Part shown: positions 13,201 to 25,200 of the stretch, in pieces
Numbering within the stretch: position 1 is the first letter of the stretch
Layout of the letters: the number at the start of each line of letters is the position of its first letter
DNA from: Malacoraja senta
Lineage: Eukaryota
NCBI GenBank assembly: GCA_038087875.1
Contig: JAXLNO010002682.1
Span: forward strand, 1 to 64,000
DNA: 64,000 nucleotides
Reading direction: 5' to 3'
Made by a program: the position numbers and the translations under genes
Notes under the pieces: generated by a model
Seen by the model: only the letters and a program-made list of their open reading frames with translations
The model's database searches: none
What the model was told of the DNA's origin: nothing

Positions 13201-16200
13201 TACAGCTTGACAACATCAGACTCATATTTATCAACTGTAGCTCGACCATCAACACCGTAATGCCATCTAATCTCGTCTCCAATCCTTGGACCTCAGAGTC
13301 AGTACCCCCAGATTCTGGATAATTGACTTTCTGATCCACAGACCGCAATCAGCGAGGATAGGTTGCAACTCCTTCACAATAATTTTCAACACCAATGCCC
13401 CACGAGGATGTGTTTTCAGTCCCTTACTATACTCTCTATACACTCAAGACTGTGTGGCCAAATTCGGCTCTAACTCCATCTCCAAGTTTGCAGATCACAC
13501 CACTGTGGTGGGCTGGATCAGGAAGGCAATAGACAACTTAGTAACATGGTGTCAGGACCACAACCTCTTCCTCAACGAGCTAGTTATTGGCTTCAGGAAG
13601 AGTTGTATCAGCATCAATGGTGCCAAAGTGGAAATGGTTGAGGGGTTCCAGTTCATTAGCATAAATATTACCAATGATCTGTCATGGACCAATCACATTG
13701 AAACAACAGCCAAGAAGGCGCAGTAATGCCTCCACTTCCTCAGGAGACTGGAAAATTGGCATGTCTCCAAAGACTCTCAAATTTCTACAGATGCATCAGA
13801 GAAAACATAATGTTGGATTGTATCACAGCTTGGCTTGAGAACAAACCTGCCCAAGACTGCAAGAAATTGCAGAGAGTTGTGGATATAGCCCAGTCCATTG
13901 CACAGAGCCTGCTCCTCCCCCACCATTGACTCCATCTACACTTCATGCTGTCACGGGAAAGCAGCCAACATAATCAAAGACCTTTCCCAGCCTGGTCATT
14001 CCACCTTCTCTCAGCTTTCATCGGGCAGAAGGTACAGATGCTTGAAAGCGCGTTCCACCAGTTTCAGAACGAGCTTATTCTCCTCTGTTGTCAGGCTTCT
14101 GAATGGTCCTTTCATAAGCTAGGGCAGTGCTTCTTAAACTATTTCAGTGTCATTCGCCCTTGAGTCTTTATCACAAAATGTCATTCACCCTTGACTAAAT
14201 TTTCTTATTTTTTGATAATTTCTCCCATGTGTATAATTTTATATATAATTTATTTGGTCTAATTAGCAAAAAACATAGATTAACATTCACCCCAAAATAA
14301 TTTCATTCACCAATTTAAGAAGCACTGAGCTACAGTACAGTTTGATTCTCCTCTACCTCATTGCAAACATTGGACTTTGTCTCTAGAACTATTGCGCTAT
14401 AATACTGAGATATATATTCTACTTTATATTCTAGATATATATCTTTCCTTTCACTCTACCTATTGTACTTGCGTTTGGCTGGATTGTATTTATGTTTAGT
14501 ATCATCTGTTTTGATTGGATAGCATGCAAAATAATATTTTTCATTGTACTTGCTACATGTGACAATAATAAACATAAACCTATTAATGACAAGTCATTTA
14601 TGATGATTCAGGAAGTGCTATCCTTTTATTTTCTGAAATTATGCAAAAAAAAGAGCAAACTACAAATTAAAAAGCATTTAGCATTCATTATTTTTTTTGT
14701 CGAACAGAAAATAATAAAGTTGGTTGCATGATGGTTAAAGAAACATGCAGATGGTCTTTATTCAACCAACTCTAACTTGTACTTTCAGTTATAATATGAA
14801 AACAGCATAAATCTTCTGATTTATTTCATTCTCAATTTTAGGAATTCACTGATTTCCTCTCAACATCTTGTCGTTTATTGCACCACCTTTATCTTCAAAT
14901 GTACTGGTAAGCCTTCACATTCAGCAGCAGCAAATCTGACTCGCTTAATCTAATTTCATCAATATGTAATTAAGGTAATTAGATAATATACTTGCTTTGA
15001 GGATCATTTGATCTGGAATGGAATAAGGTTTGTTTTTCTTTCTTTTGTTTCCTCGTTCCCTGTAATTGTTGACGTGACGATGTACGATGGTAATGCAGGC
15101 ACAAAATGAATGTAAGAAGGCTATTTCTTCATGGAGGGATCTTCACATGATCTCTCTGAGCATACACTTATGACACTTGTTCAATCTTAAAGCTGTAATA
15201 ACTTGCATTGTGTAAATTGTAATCACTGTTTAGGAATTCTGATATTCTTTCATTCCATTAATCTGGTCTTGGTATTTGAGGGAAAACAGTGATTTTTTTT
15301 CTATTAGGTGGACAAATCAAACTAGGTATTATTCCAGTAGTAGTTTCATTACATTGGAATAATCTAGGAACAAACATCTGTTGCAGTGAGAATGGAAGAA
15401 AATAACTTTTTAAAAAAAAAGAAAGGTGAAGATATAAATTTAAGAGGTAACTTCTGCATTAGAGTAGGTTAACTTTAAATTTTTTTTTTTTTTGCAGTAA
15501 ATTCCCTCCGAGCATAAATGCACCAATTTTACCTGATGGATCTTATGACCAGATTGCCTGCATCTTTCCAGTTGCACTGGATGCTCTTGTCTCACTGTTG
15601 ATGTCCTACAGGCCCTTTATGGAGATGGTGTTACAAGATAATCTGGGTGAGTTCAAAGCGTTTTAGTCGTAGATTGCTTTTACATTCCTTTAACAACCAG
15701 TCTTGGTTCGGTTGAATACTGAGTTGAAGCAACATTTTAGTTTTCAGTCAAACTTGCCCTGTAGCAATGTAATTGATTTGCATATTAATTTAGAGATAGA
15801 CAAAATGCTAATGTGACACAGCATCTCTGGAGAGAAGGAATAGGTGACGTTTTGGGTTGAGACCTTCAGACGGTGTATCTGCAATTCCTTCCTATGCATA
15901 ACAATTTAGTCATTTAATGAAGAAAACTCTCACTCTTACAAGCTGCTGATGGAAATGTCAGTGAAACCTATCTAATATCTTCTATCAGTATGAAGAGAAT
16001 AAATATAATTTAGAGACACATGTCAGAGTACAGTAACGTAGCTGATTCTGTGGGAGGAGGAGGAGGCGGTGGTGGGGAGGAAGAGGTTGAATGGACAAAG
16101 CGACGGGAGGAGGAGCGGGGAGCGGACAAAGCAATGGCCAGCTGGAAGAAGCAGCAGCTGATGGAAAGGGAGGCAGCCCCATGGTAACCAAGCGCATCCT

Positions 16201-19200
16201 GTCTGTCGCGGCAGCCCGAAGAAAGTGCTGTCTCAGGGGCTACAACGTGAGCCACAACAACGGTAGCATCAACTGGACAGTGCAGTGGGTGAAGAAAGGC
16301 TGGCTGGTGCACGTTGCGAGGCGGGGATGGCGTTAGAAGCCGGGGCTATAAGCGGATGGGGAGGAGGTGTGATCCAGGGGCGGCATCAGTAGGTCCACCC
16401 GCTATAACCAAAATTCTTTATGAAAGGGGTTCGTTAAAACAACGGTGTACTGCAATTGCATTTGTTAATTGAATTAGATCAAATAAAAAGAAAATTACTC
16501 TTCTGAATGCAGTTTATCCCCTTTGAAATCAGTGGGTTTGCTGCAGATTTATCAGGTTCAACCAGTAGTTTGATAGCACTGTGAAGTGTGTACTGTGGTC
16601 TGTTGTATTTGTCTCAGCCACCTATTATTTTATAGATGACATTTTACTAAATCTGTATTTTCTTCCATGTTAAGATTTCTGTTCAGAGCTGGCCTTTCCA
16701 CAATGTTTATTATTACTTAACATCATGGACAAGCTTCCCTCGCAGTCGGAAGTGGTTCAAAGCCTCTGGTGTTCTGGTAACCAGATTTCAGAAGAAAAGA
16801 CTAGGTGAGGTGCCCTGCTACACAGATAATATCAAATGGAAACGCATTTGGCACATCAGGAAGTAGTGCTTGCATTCCTTTCTATAATGCTTCATTAATT
16901 GATATATCAAACATCTTATTGGATGCTGCTTTTCATGAATAGACTGCACATCCTTTGGAACTCAATGGGTGAATGTGTTATGTGGGTGATATTGTATTTG
17001 CTGCTCCTCATTCAACATCCTCATTCAACATCTGCTCAACACCAACATTACCAACATTTAAAATTGGAAATACAGGTTGCTGGGACCTTGCATAGAACGC
17101 AGTGCTGATTGTAGTAGGATCCAGGAGGGTCCCGACCTGAAACATTACCTATTTATGGCCTCCAAAGATGCTGCCTGACCCGCTGAGTGGCATCAACACT
17201 GTTTTAAATTGGAGCCTGAATTGAAGCTACGCTGCTGAATGGAAAGCAGATTATGTGTGAAACAGACTGGCCATGACAAGTTGGTGACTTCTGTGCTTGG
17301 GCATTTCCAGTAAAAGAAGGCTACTGACATGTCATTAACAGTGCTAATTAAAATTACATTGGTGAGCATTTACTTAGAGGCATAGAGTTATATAGCACAA
17401 CGGCCGCGGGACTTACCATCGCCCGCCGGGGGCTTTAACATTGTGAGCCCCAGTCACCTCGACGCTGCAGTTGGACTGCTGGACTGCGGGAGAACTGAAG
17501 AGATAAGACTTTTGCCTTCCATCACAGTGATGAGGTGTTGGAGATTCACTGTGATGGATGTTTTTGTAAACTGTGTTAAGTGTGTCTTGGTTTTTTGTAA
17601 TGTCATGTCTGCAGGAATGACAATTAATTCAAACCTTGTCTGTTTGAATGACAATAAAAGGCATTCTATTCTACATAATTAATCACACACAACTCTTGAC
17701 TTGTCTTCAGAGCATATCCTTGATCAGGATATCCTTTCCACATGGCTTACTTTTGAGCTTGCAATTTTAACAGTCTTTTTCACACAGGAATGGCAAGAAA
17801 ATGGATGATAAATAAGGCACCCTTCTTGTATTGCTTTGATAGAGACCAAGACGTGTTGTTGGCTTTGCTGCCTCCTGATCCCTGGATCTCTCACAGCCAG
17901 CAGCAACTTGATGGACCTAATTTTCGATTTCCTTGAAATAAACAAATACTAATCTTCACTAACATAGAAATCCCTGAATTGAAATGCCACCACAAACGTG
18001 TGATTTGTATGTCAGGCACGTACTTTCAGAACGGCAATTAACCCAATATGAAGCTGTAGTTTTAAAAAACTTTTCTGATAATTACATGCCCCCCTGAGCA
18101 GCTCGAATAACGGGTTTCAGCAACGATAGGCTAACAGAACATAGAACAGGAAAGGATAAGAATTGGAAATGTGCTCGAAGACAAAATTGGCACCTAATAT
18201 TTTATCTTTTCCTTTGATTCCAGGTTACCTTTGCTCCATTCATTGTTTCTTAACTTCAAGCGGTGTCATGCAGAACTTTCTTTGCCAGCACAGTTACCAG
18301 GCGTGATGATTAAGGGACAGGCTCAGCAAAGTGTCAGTTTATATGAATATGTATGCACTCATTTATGTTCTTTTATCACGTCCATTTCGGCGTCTTATTT
18401 TCCAGAGTTGGTGAGTTTAATTTTTGCCTTGGAGTAAGTGTTCCAGTCTTTAAGCTGCTTTGAAGAGGAACTTTCTTTCTTTGCATTTAGCCCCTCCATC
18501 AAAAAAATGCTTCCACTGACATTAGCTTCCAAACCATAAATGATGAGTATTCATGCCTACTTAATCTATTGCTTTTTTTATGATGCTGGTATTATATTTT
18601 ATAAAGCATATCAGAGAATAGTGATAATTAAAAGTATTGCCCACATCAACATTCCTTTAAAATGTATTTTAATTATTCAGATTTTTAAAATGCAAATTCT
18701 TAATGATTTCTGAAACAAAGGATAAGTTTTACAGTGTTATGAACCGCAGAATGTTTATTAATTCTTTGAAATATTTTCTTCTTACTTAAAAAACAAGTGA
18801 ACAGGCTGCTTGTGACTAAGAATTCCTCCAGTCTTGATTTTTTTTTGCTCAAGATTCCAACATCTGCAGATTCTTGTGGTGCCATTTTTTTCTTTTTGCT
18901 TCTTGTCCCTGGAAATAATGCTGCAGGATGTAGAGGGTATTGTAACCTAACAACAGGACACAAAGACACAATATTGACAAGGATGCAAGTTCAAATCCCA
19001 GCGGCAGCTATGAAATTTAAAGTCTGTTAAAAGTCTGCAATTAAACTTTAAAAATAAATATTTTACTCCACAGGATTGAACACAAAGCCCAGATTGACAT
19101 TGTCCTCCATACAGTTAGGTTCCCTGAATGAATTACTTTTGGTCAAATGAAAGATGCCCTATGCACCATCTCAGGTGAACATAAAAGATTTTGTGGCACT

Positions 19201-22200
19201 GCTTTAAGGAAGCAAGGAAGAATCTGTTCTGATCAATCTTCATGCCCTAACCAATCTCATTAAGAAAAACCCAGCTTATTTGGTCATTATTTTACAATCA
19301 TGCATGGGACCTTCCTTCAGTGAGCCATTTGGTTATGTTTCACTGTATTATTGGTGTGATTGCACTTCCAATATTTTTTAGGCTGTAAGTACACATCCTG
19401 AGTTTGTATGAGGTGTTCTACAAAAGCAAGTTTCTATTAATTTGAAGTTTTAAAAATACATTTCAGTATATTACTAGTCTCGCTTTTTGTTTCAGGAATG
19501 CTCCTTATTGGATGCTGTGCTTAGTCCTTACGTATTAACTGCTCTGTTGGCTTCAGATACTTGGTGTTTTCTTGCACGGTAGGTACTGAAAAGCAAATGA
19601 AATTATAACCAGATTGGTAATCTACACAAATCCCTTCTATCTACTTCTTTTAACAAAGATTTAAAAATAAAAATCTGTTGGCAAGTTGTCATGAATTTGG
19701 TCTGATCAACCACGGCTGGGTCGATGGGTGAGGGTGTCTGATGTTGAAAGACCCGAAACACCCAATGACCCCAAGTTACATCACTGATGATGTGTTCAGG
19801 AGCATCAATAGATGTATTTTTTTATCAATCATTTAACTGTGTCGGGGTATAAAATTTTGGTGAAAAATTAATGAATTGCAACAATTTTTAATTATATGTG
19901 TTTGGTGTGTCTTTTTTTTCATTTGCAGGTATGGAAGCGCAGATCTTTGTGCTCATCACGTCTCCCTCATAGCTAACCTGGTAAGCCAACAAACTATGTT
20001 AAAATGTCATTCAAAGTGGTGTGCTGTGGAGTACTATTTGCAAAATATATTTCGCAATAGAGTAAGGATGTTTGCTGATGATTGTGATCAATTATATTCT
20101 TTAGTAAATGAAGCAGTCCAAGCCTTCATACAGCAAGTTCTATACAGCCATTTAACAACCCAGTGCTGGGTTGTTAAATGGCCAACAATCTCCATCAAGA
20201 GAGCATCCAACCACTTAGCCTTCAAAGGCATTACCTTTGCTGGGTCCCTCACTATTTATATCCTGGGATTGACCACTGACGTGAAACTCAACTGGACACG
20301 CATATCAGAGACAACTGACTTACTTATTGACACCTCAAAGCCTCTCCACCATCCAAGAGGCACAAATTTAGGAATGAAAAGGAATACCTTCACTCCTGGA
20401 TAGTTGCAGGTCCAGAAACACTTTAGAAGTGTGACACCATCCTGGATAAAGCAACCAACTTTATTGATACTCCGTCAACACTCTTCACACTCATTCCTCT
20501 AACACTAGTGTCACAATAGCTGCAGTGTGTATCAACTACAAAATGCACTGCGGTTACAAGTCTCGGTTGCTCCAATAGTACCTCTCAAACTGGTGACCTC
20601 CACCACCAAGGTCACTGCAACCTGCAGGTGCCCTGCAAAGTTGGACATCACCCTGACTTGGAAAATATCACCAATCCTTCAATCTGGGTGGAACCATCCC
20701 AACAGCATTCAAGCATATCCATCCCAACAGCATTCAAGGTGGACCTTCACCAGAACCAGAACAGTTCAGAAGATAGCTCAGCAGCACTTTCTAGGGCCAT
20801 TCAGGGATGTGGAATAAACGCCAGCCTGCTATTGTTCTTTTTAATTGAGTGAAATGGCAAGATGGTTGAATGAAGAATACTGGGGAATTTTCACGTGAAA
20901 ATAACTTTATATCAATTTATATTCTGGTAAAATATTTGAAGTTGATTTTCATTTCCCTCAAATTTTCTCCACTTGTAAAGGCAAAAAGTATTTTTATAGT
21001 GGCCAAAAAAATGTCTTTGTTGCCTTTCTGAAAGTGCTGCAGGTAAATACATATCTAAGTTTGGATTCAGTGCAACTATGAGCTCACAAAGGTGGAAGTG
21101 CTTGTTTATACTTTTGTTTAATCACAAAAAAACATTAGCTGGGTGAAAAACTGACTACATGTGTTGGGTGTGGATCAGGTTGAATAAAGAATGATGATAA
21201 AACAACATGTACTGGGTTAGCTGTACATCAGCGCAGTTGATTACTTTATCTCGGTTAGAGTAATTTGCTGAGTGATATTGCATGTTTTATCTGTTGATCA
21301 ATGATTAATATTTAATCTTCATCAGATCAATAGCATGTTTGACACTTACATTAATCATGATAGTTGGTTAAAGAAAAGATTTAAAACTCCAGTCAGATTA
21401 GAATGCTATTTATTGTCATTCAAACCTAGGCTTGAACGAAATATCATTACTACAGTTTTTTACATTACAAAAAAACCCAAGACCCACACTTAACACAGTT
21501 TACATAAACATCCATCACAGTGAGTCTCCAACACCTCCTCACTGTGATGGAAGGCAAAGTCTTATCTCTTCCCTTTATTCTTCATCCGCGGTCCAGCAGC
21601 CCAACTGCAGCGTCTCGGCGAACTGGGGCTCCGGTGTTAAAGCCCCCGGCGGGCGATGGTAAGTCCTGTGGCCATTTAGCCACGCCGGGCGATGCCAGGC
21701 CCCGGCTCCGTGTCCGTCAAACCCCGCGGTTCAAGCAGTCCAACCCGCAGTCCAACACCAGCGTCTAGGCGAACTGGGGCTCCGATGTTAGAGCCCCCGG
21801 CAGACGATGGTAAGTCCCGTGGCCGCTAACCCGCGCCGGGCGATGTTAGGCCTCGCTCCGTGTCCTCCAAACCTCGCGATTCCAGAGGGAGAAGTTGCCG
21901 TTGCGGGAGCTCCGAAAAGCCGTCTCCCACCAGGGACCTGGAGCTCCCGATGTTCCTGTCCACCGGGCCCGCAGCCGGAGCTTCCGAAACTCCAAAGTCG
22001 GGTCGCAGCCGAGCGCCACCACAGCTCTCCCCGCTCCAAAGTCGGCCAGCTCCGCGATGTCAGGTCCCAGGCTCCGCGACTGGAGCCCTCAGGTTGGTCC
22101 CAGCCGGAGGCCGCCGCCGGCTCCACAATATTAGGCCCAATGACATCGGAGCAATCTTTCTTCCTCCCGCCCCCCCCACCCTCATATGAGTCTGAAGAAG

Positions 22201-25200
22201 GGTTGCCTATTTCCTTCGCTCCATAGATGCTGCCTCACCCTCTGAGTTTCTCCAGCATTTTGTCTAACTTTGATTTTCCAGCATCTGCAGTTCCTTCTTA
22301 AACAATATGTAGATCTTCATTGTTCTTTTTCTTCTCCCCTTTTCTGCATCATATTCTTATTCTTTTTTTATTCTTGTATGTCTATTCTTTCTCATCTGAT
22401 GCTGCCTGACCTGAGTATTTTCAGCATTATTTTTATTCTTCAGATTTTCAGCATATGCATTATTTTTCTTTTTTATACTTGTAGGTTGTGTTAAAGGACA
22501 TTCTTTGTATCAACAAAAAGAAATCCATTTACAGACTTATAATTTTCTCCTCATAACCTAAAATAGAGGCAGATTTTTATTTGCACTAACTTACTGTAAG
22601 TTTTCATTTGTTGAATTTATCACATCACAATTATTTCTAGAAGATATCTCCGAAAAAGTTGTATCAAGCTGTTTGATTCAACCAGGTCATTCTGTCATTT
22701 ACTCTCCAAGATCTAAAATAAAACAACTTAATGTGCAGAGTAATTAAGTAAATTAAAAACAAATCTGCAGAACAACTCTGTGAGCAATGGTGAATCTATT
22801 GGACAAAATTCTCAGCAAGGCTAACACAAAATATTTGATTATATTAAGTCACAATTTAAATTTCTTTCAGAAGATAATTTTTTGGGATACCTTTTCAGTC
22901 TGCCGGTTTCTGTCTGTCTTGCGGTCCCTTGCTCAGTCACTGTCTCTCTCGCTCAGCCCCTAATGTTTTAATAGCTGTCCTTGGGCTATGTTGAATTGTT
23001 ATTTGTTTTACATTGATGGTTTGGCCATGTATTGATGTGTATTGAAAACTGGAAATAAATTATCACTTTTGAAGAATCTTATTCTGGTTTACTCCATTTT
23101 TCTTTTTTAACATTGTATTTTAATTTTCAGGTGAAGTCTTGTTGTGGTGACTGTTTCCAGCTGTTCCATTTGTCTTTACTCCTGCGGCGTTTGCTTTTCC
23201 TCATGGCAGCGGAGCATCAGGTTAGTCTCTTGGATGGCAGAAATCAAAATGATATTTAATTTGGGCAGTTTGAGCAAAAGTGTCAGTTCATTTATTTCAC
23301 CAGCACTTAGGGTAACATGAAAGTGAGCTTTGAACACTTATACTGAGTATAGCAATCCAATATTTGACTCAAAATGAGCTAAATATTTGCACAGAAAGCA
23401 TGGCTTTTACTATCAGAATCAGTTTAATATGTAAAAGATGAATATGACTCAATCTATGGAAGTCATTTACGGTTCCATCTGTGATATTACGAAGGTAGCA
23501 TATGGTTTTTATTGTTGCCATCTTGTGGTTGCAGAATAATTATTGCACGACTGTTAATAAGCTGATCCTGAAACTGTTACTTGTAGAGAGGATATAGATG
23601 TCCATCCAAGAGCTTGTAAAAGTTTTTCATGTGCCAGGATTTTACTTTGGTATCAGTCCAGCATAAGAGTGCATACTGTTGGGTTGTAAACTGCCCAAGC
23701 AGAATACGGGGTGCTGTGCCCCCAGTTTGGGCCTTACTCTGGCAATGGAGGAGGCCCAGGACAGAAAGGAAAGTATGGGAACGGGAAGAGAATTTAATTA
23801 GTAGCCAACATGATATCCAGTGGTCCTTGGCGAACCGAGTGCAAGTTCAAGGTTCAAGGTAGTTTTTATTTGTCACATTCACATACACCCAGGTGAAGTG
23901 AAATGCTTTTTGCCATTATGCAGCACACAAAAAAAGAGAAGAATACAGACATCACACCAAGATAGTCTTAACACTAAACATCCCCCCACAATGGCTCCCA
24001 CCATGAGGGAAGGCACAAAGTCCAGTCCCCAACCCCAGTTCACCCATAGTCGGGCCCATTGAGGCCTCCACAGTTGCCTCTACGGAGGCCCGATGTTCCA
24101 GGCCGTTCTAGCCGGGTGATGTTCCTCCGGCGTCGGGGGAGTCCTCCCAGCGGCTTGGGAACCCTGGAACGGCCGCATCCGCACTAGGGGCCGTGGCTTC
24201 CGAAGCCAACAAGGCCGCGCCGATTGGAGCTCCACACTGGCGATCTCATCTAGAGATCCCAGGCTCCCGGTGTCAAGTTCAGTGCCGCCGCCCACAGCTG
24301 GTTGCTCCGCAGCTCCGCGATGTTTTCCCAGCGATCCTCAGCTCACCGGAGCTCCAGCGCGGAGACCCGGGCAAGGTATCGCCCGCTCCGCGATAGCGCT
24401 CCAGTGTTGTGCCGCCGCCGAAGCCGAGGTTCTGGGCTGTCCCCGACAGGAAACGCCGCTCCAGGCCCGCTGGTAGGCCGCGAGGACGGGTCGAAGCTGC
24501 AGCCCGGAGAAGAGCTGCCTCTCCGGCCAGGTAGGGACGCTGAAAGGTAGTTTCCCCCCCCCACACAAAAAAGTCCAGACCTCCAACAAACCACTTAACT
24601 AACTAAAATAAAAAAAATAAAAGATGAAAGGACAGACAGCTGCTGTCGCCGAGTCTACGCTTTGTCTCGCTGATGTACAGGAGGCTACATCAGGAACTCC
24701 GGATGCAGTAGATGAGGTTTCAGGAGGTGCACATGAACCTCTGTCTCACCCCAAAGGACTGCTGTGGTTCCTGGGTGGAAGTGAGGGATAAAGGACACCT
24801 CCTGTGGTTGCAGGAGAAAGTACCTGGGGAGGGAATGGTTTGGATACGAAGGGATGAGTTAATTAAGGATTTGTGGAGTGGGCAGTGGCTGTGGAAAGCA
24901 GAAAGTGGTGGAGATTGGAAGATGTGACTGGTGGTGGGTTCATGTTAGAGGTGATGGAAATGTCAATAATGTTTAGATGCGGAGGATGGCGGGTTGAAAG
25001 GTGAGGACCAGGGGAACTATCCTTGTTCCATTTGGGGCGAGGGGGAGCGAGACCTTAACCATGGGACACAGAGGAGAAGTAGGTGAGCAGAGCTGCCAAG
25101 TAGTACGAATTTTCCATATTTTGTATGGAAATGCGATAAGAATACTGATGTACGATTTTGCGTTGATAAATACGGATTAAAAAAAAATCTGACCATAGAT

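Noticed and set aside
19876-20403. 175-aa ORF
   Set aside because: Chance read-through of FIRRM exon 14 into intron and a LINE fragment.
21432-24594. Multiple overlapping 70-140 aa ORFs (also at 5494-6057 and 15985-16336)
   Set aside because: GC-rich repeats lacking stops in all frames; no recognisable domain.
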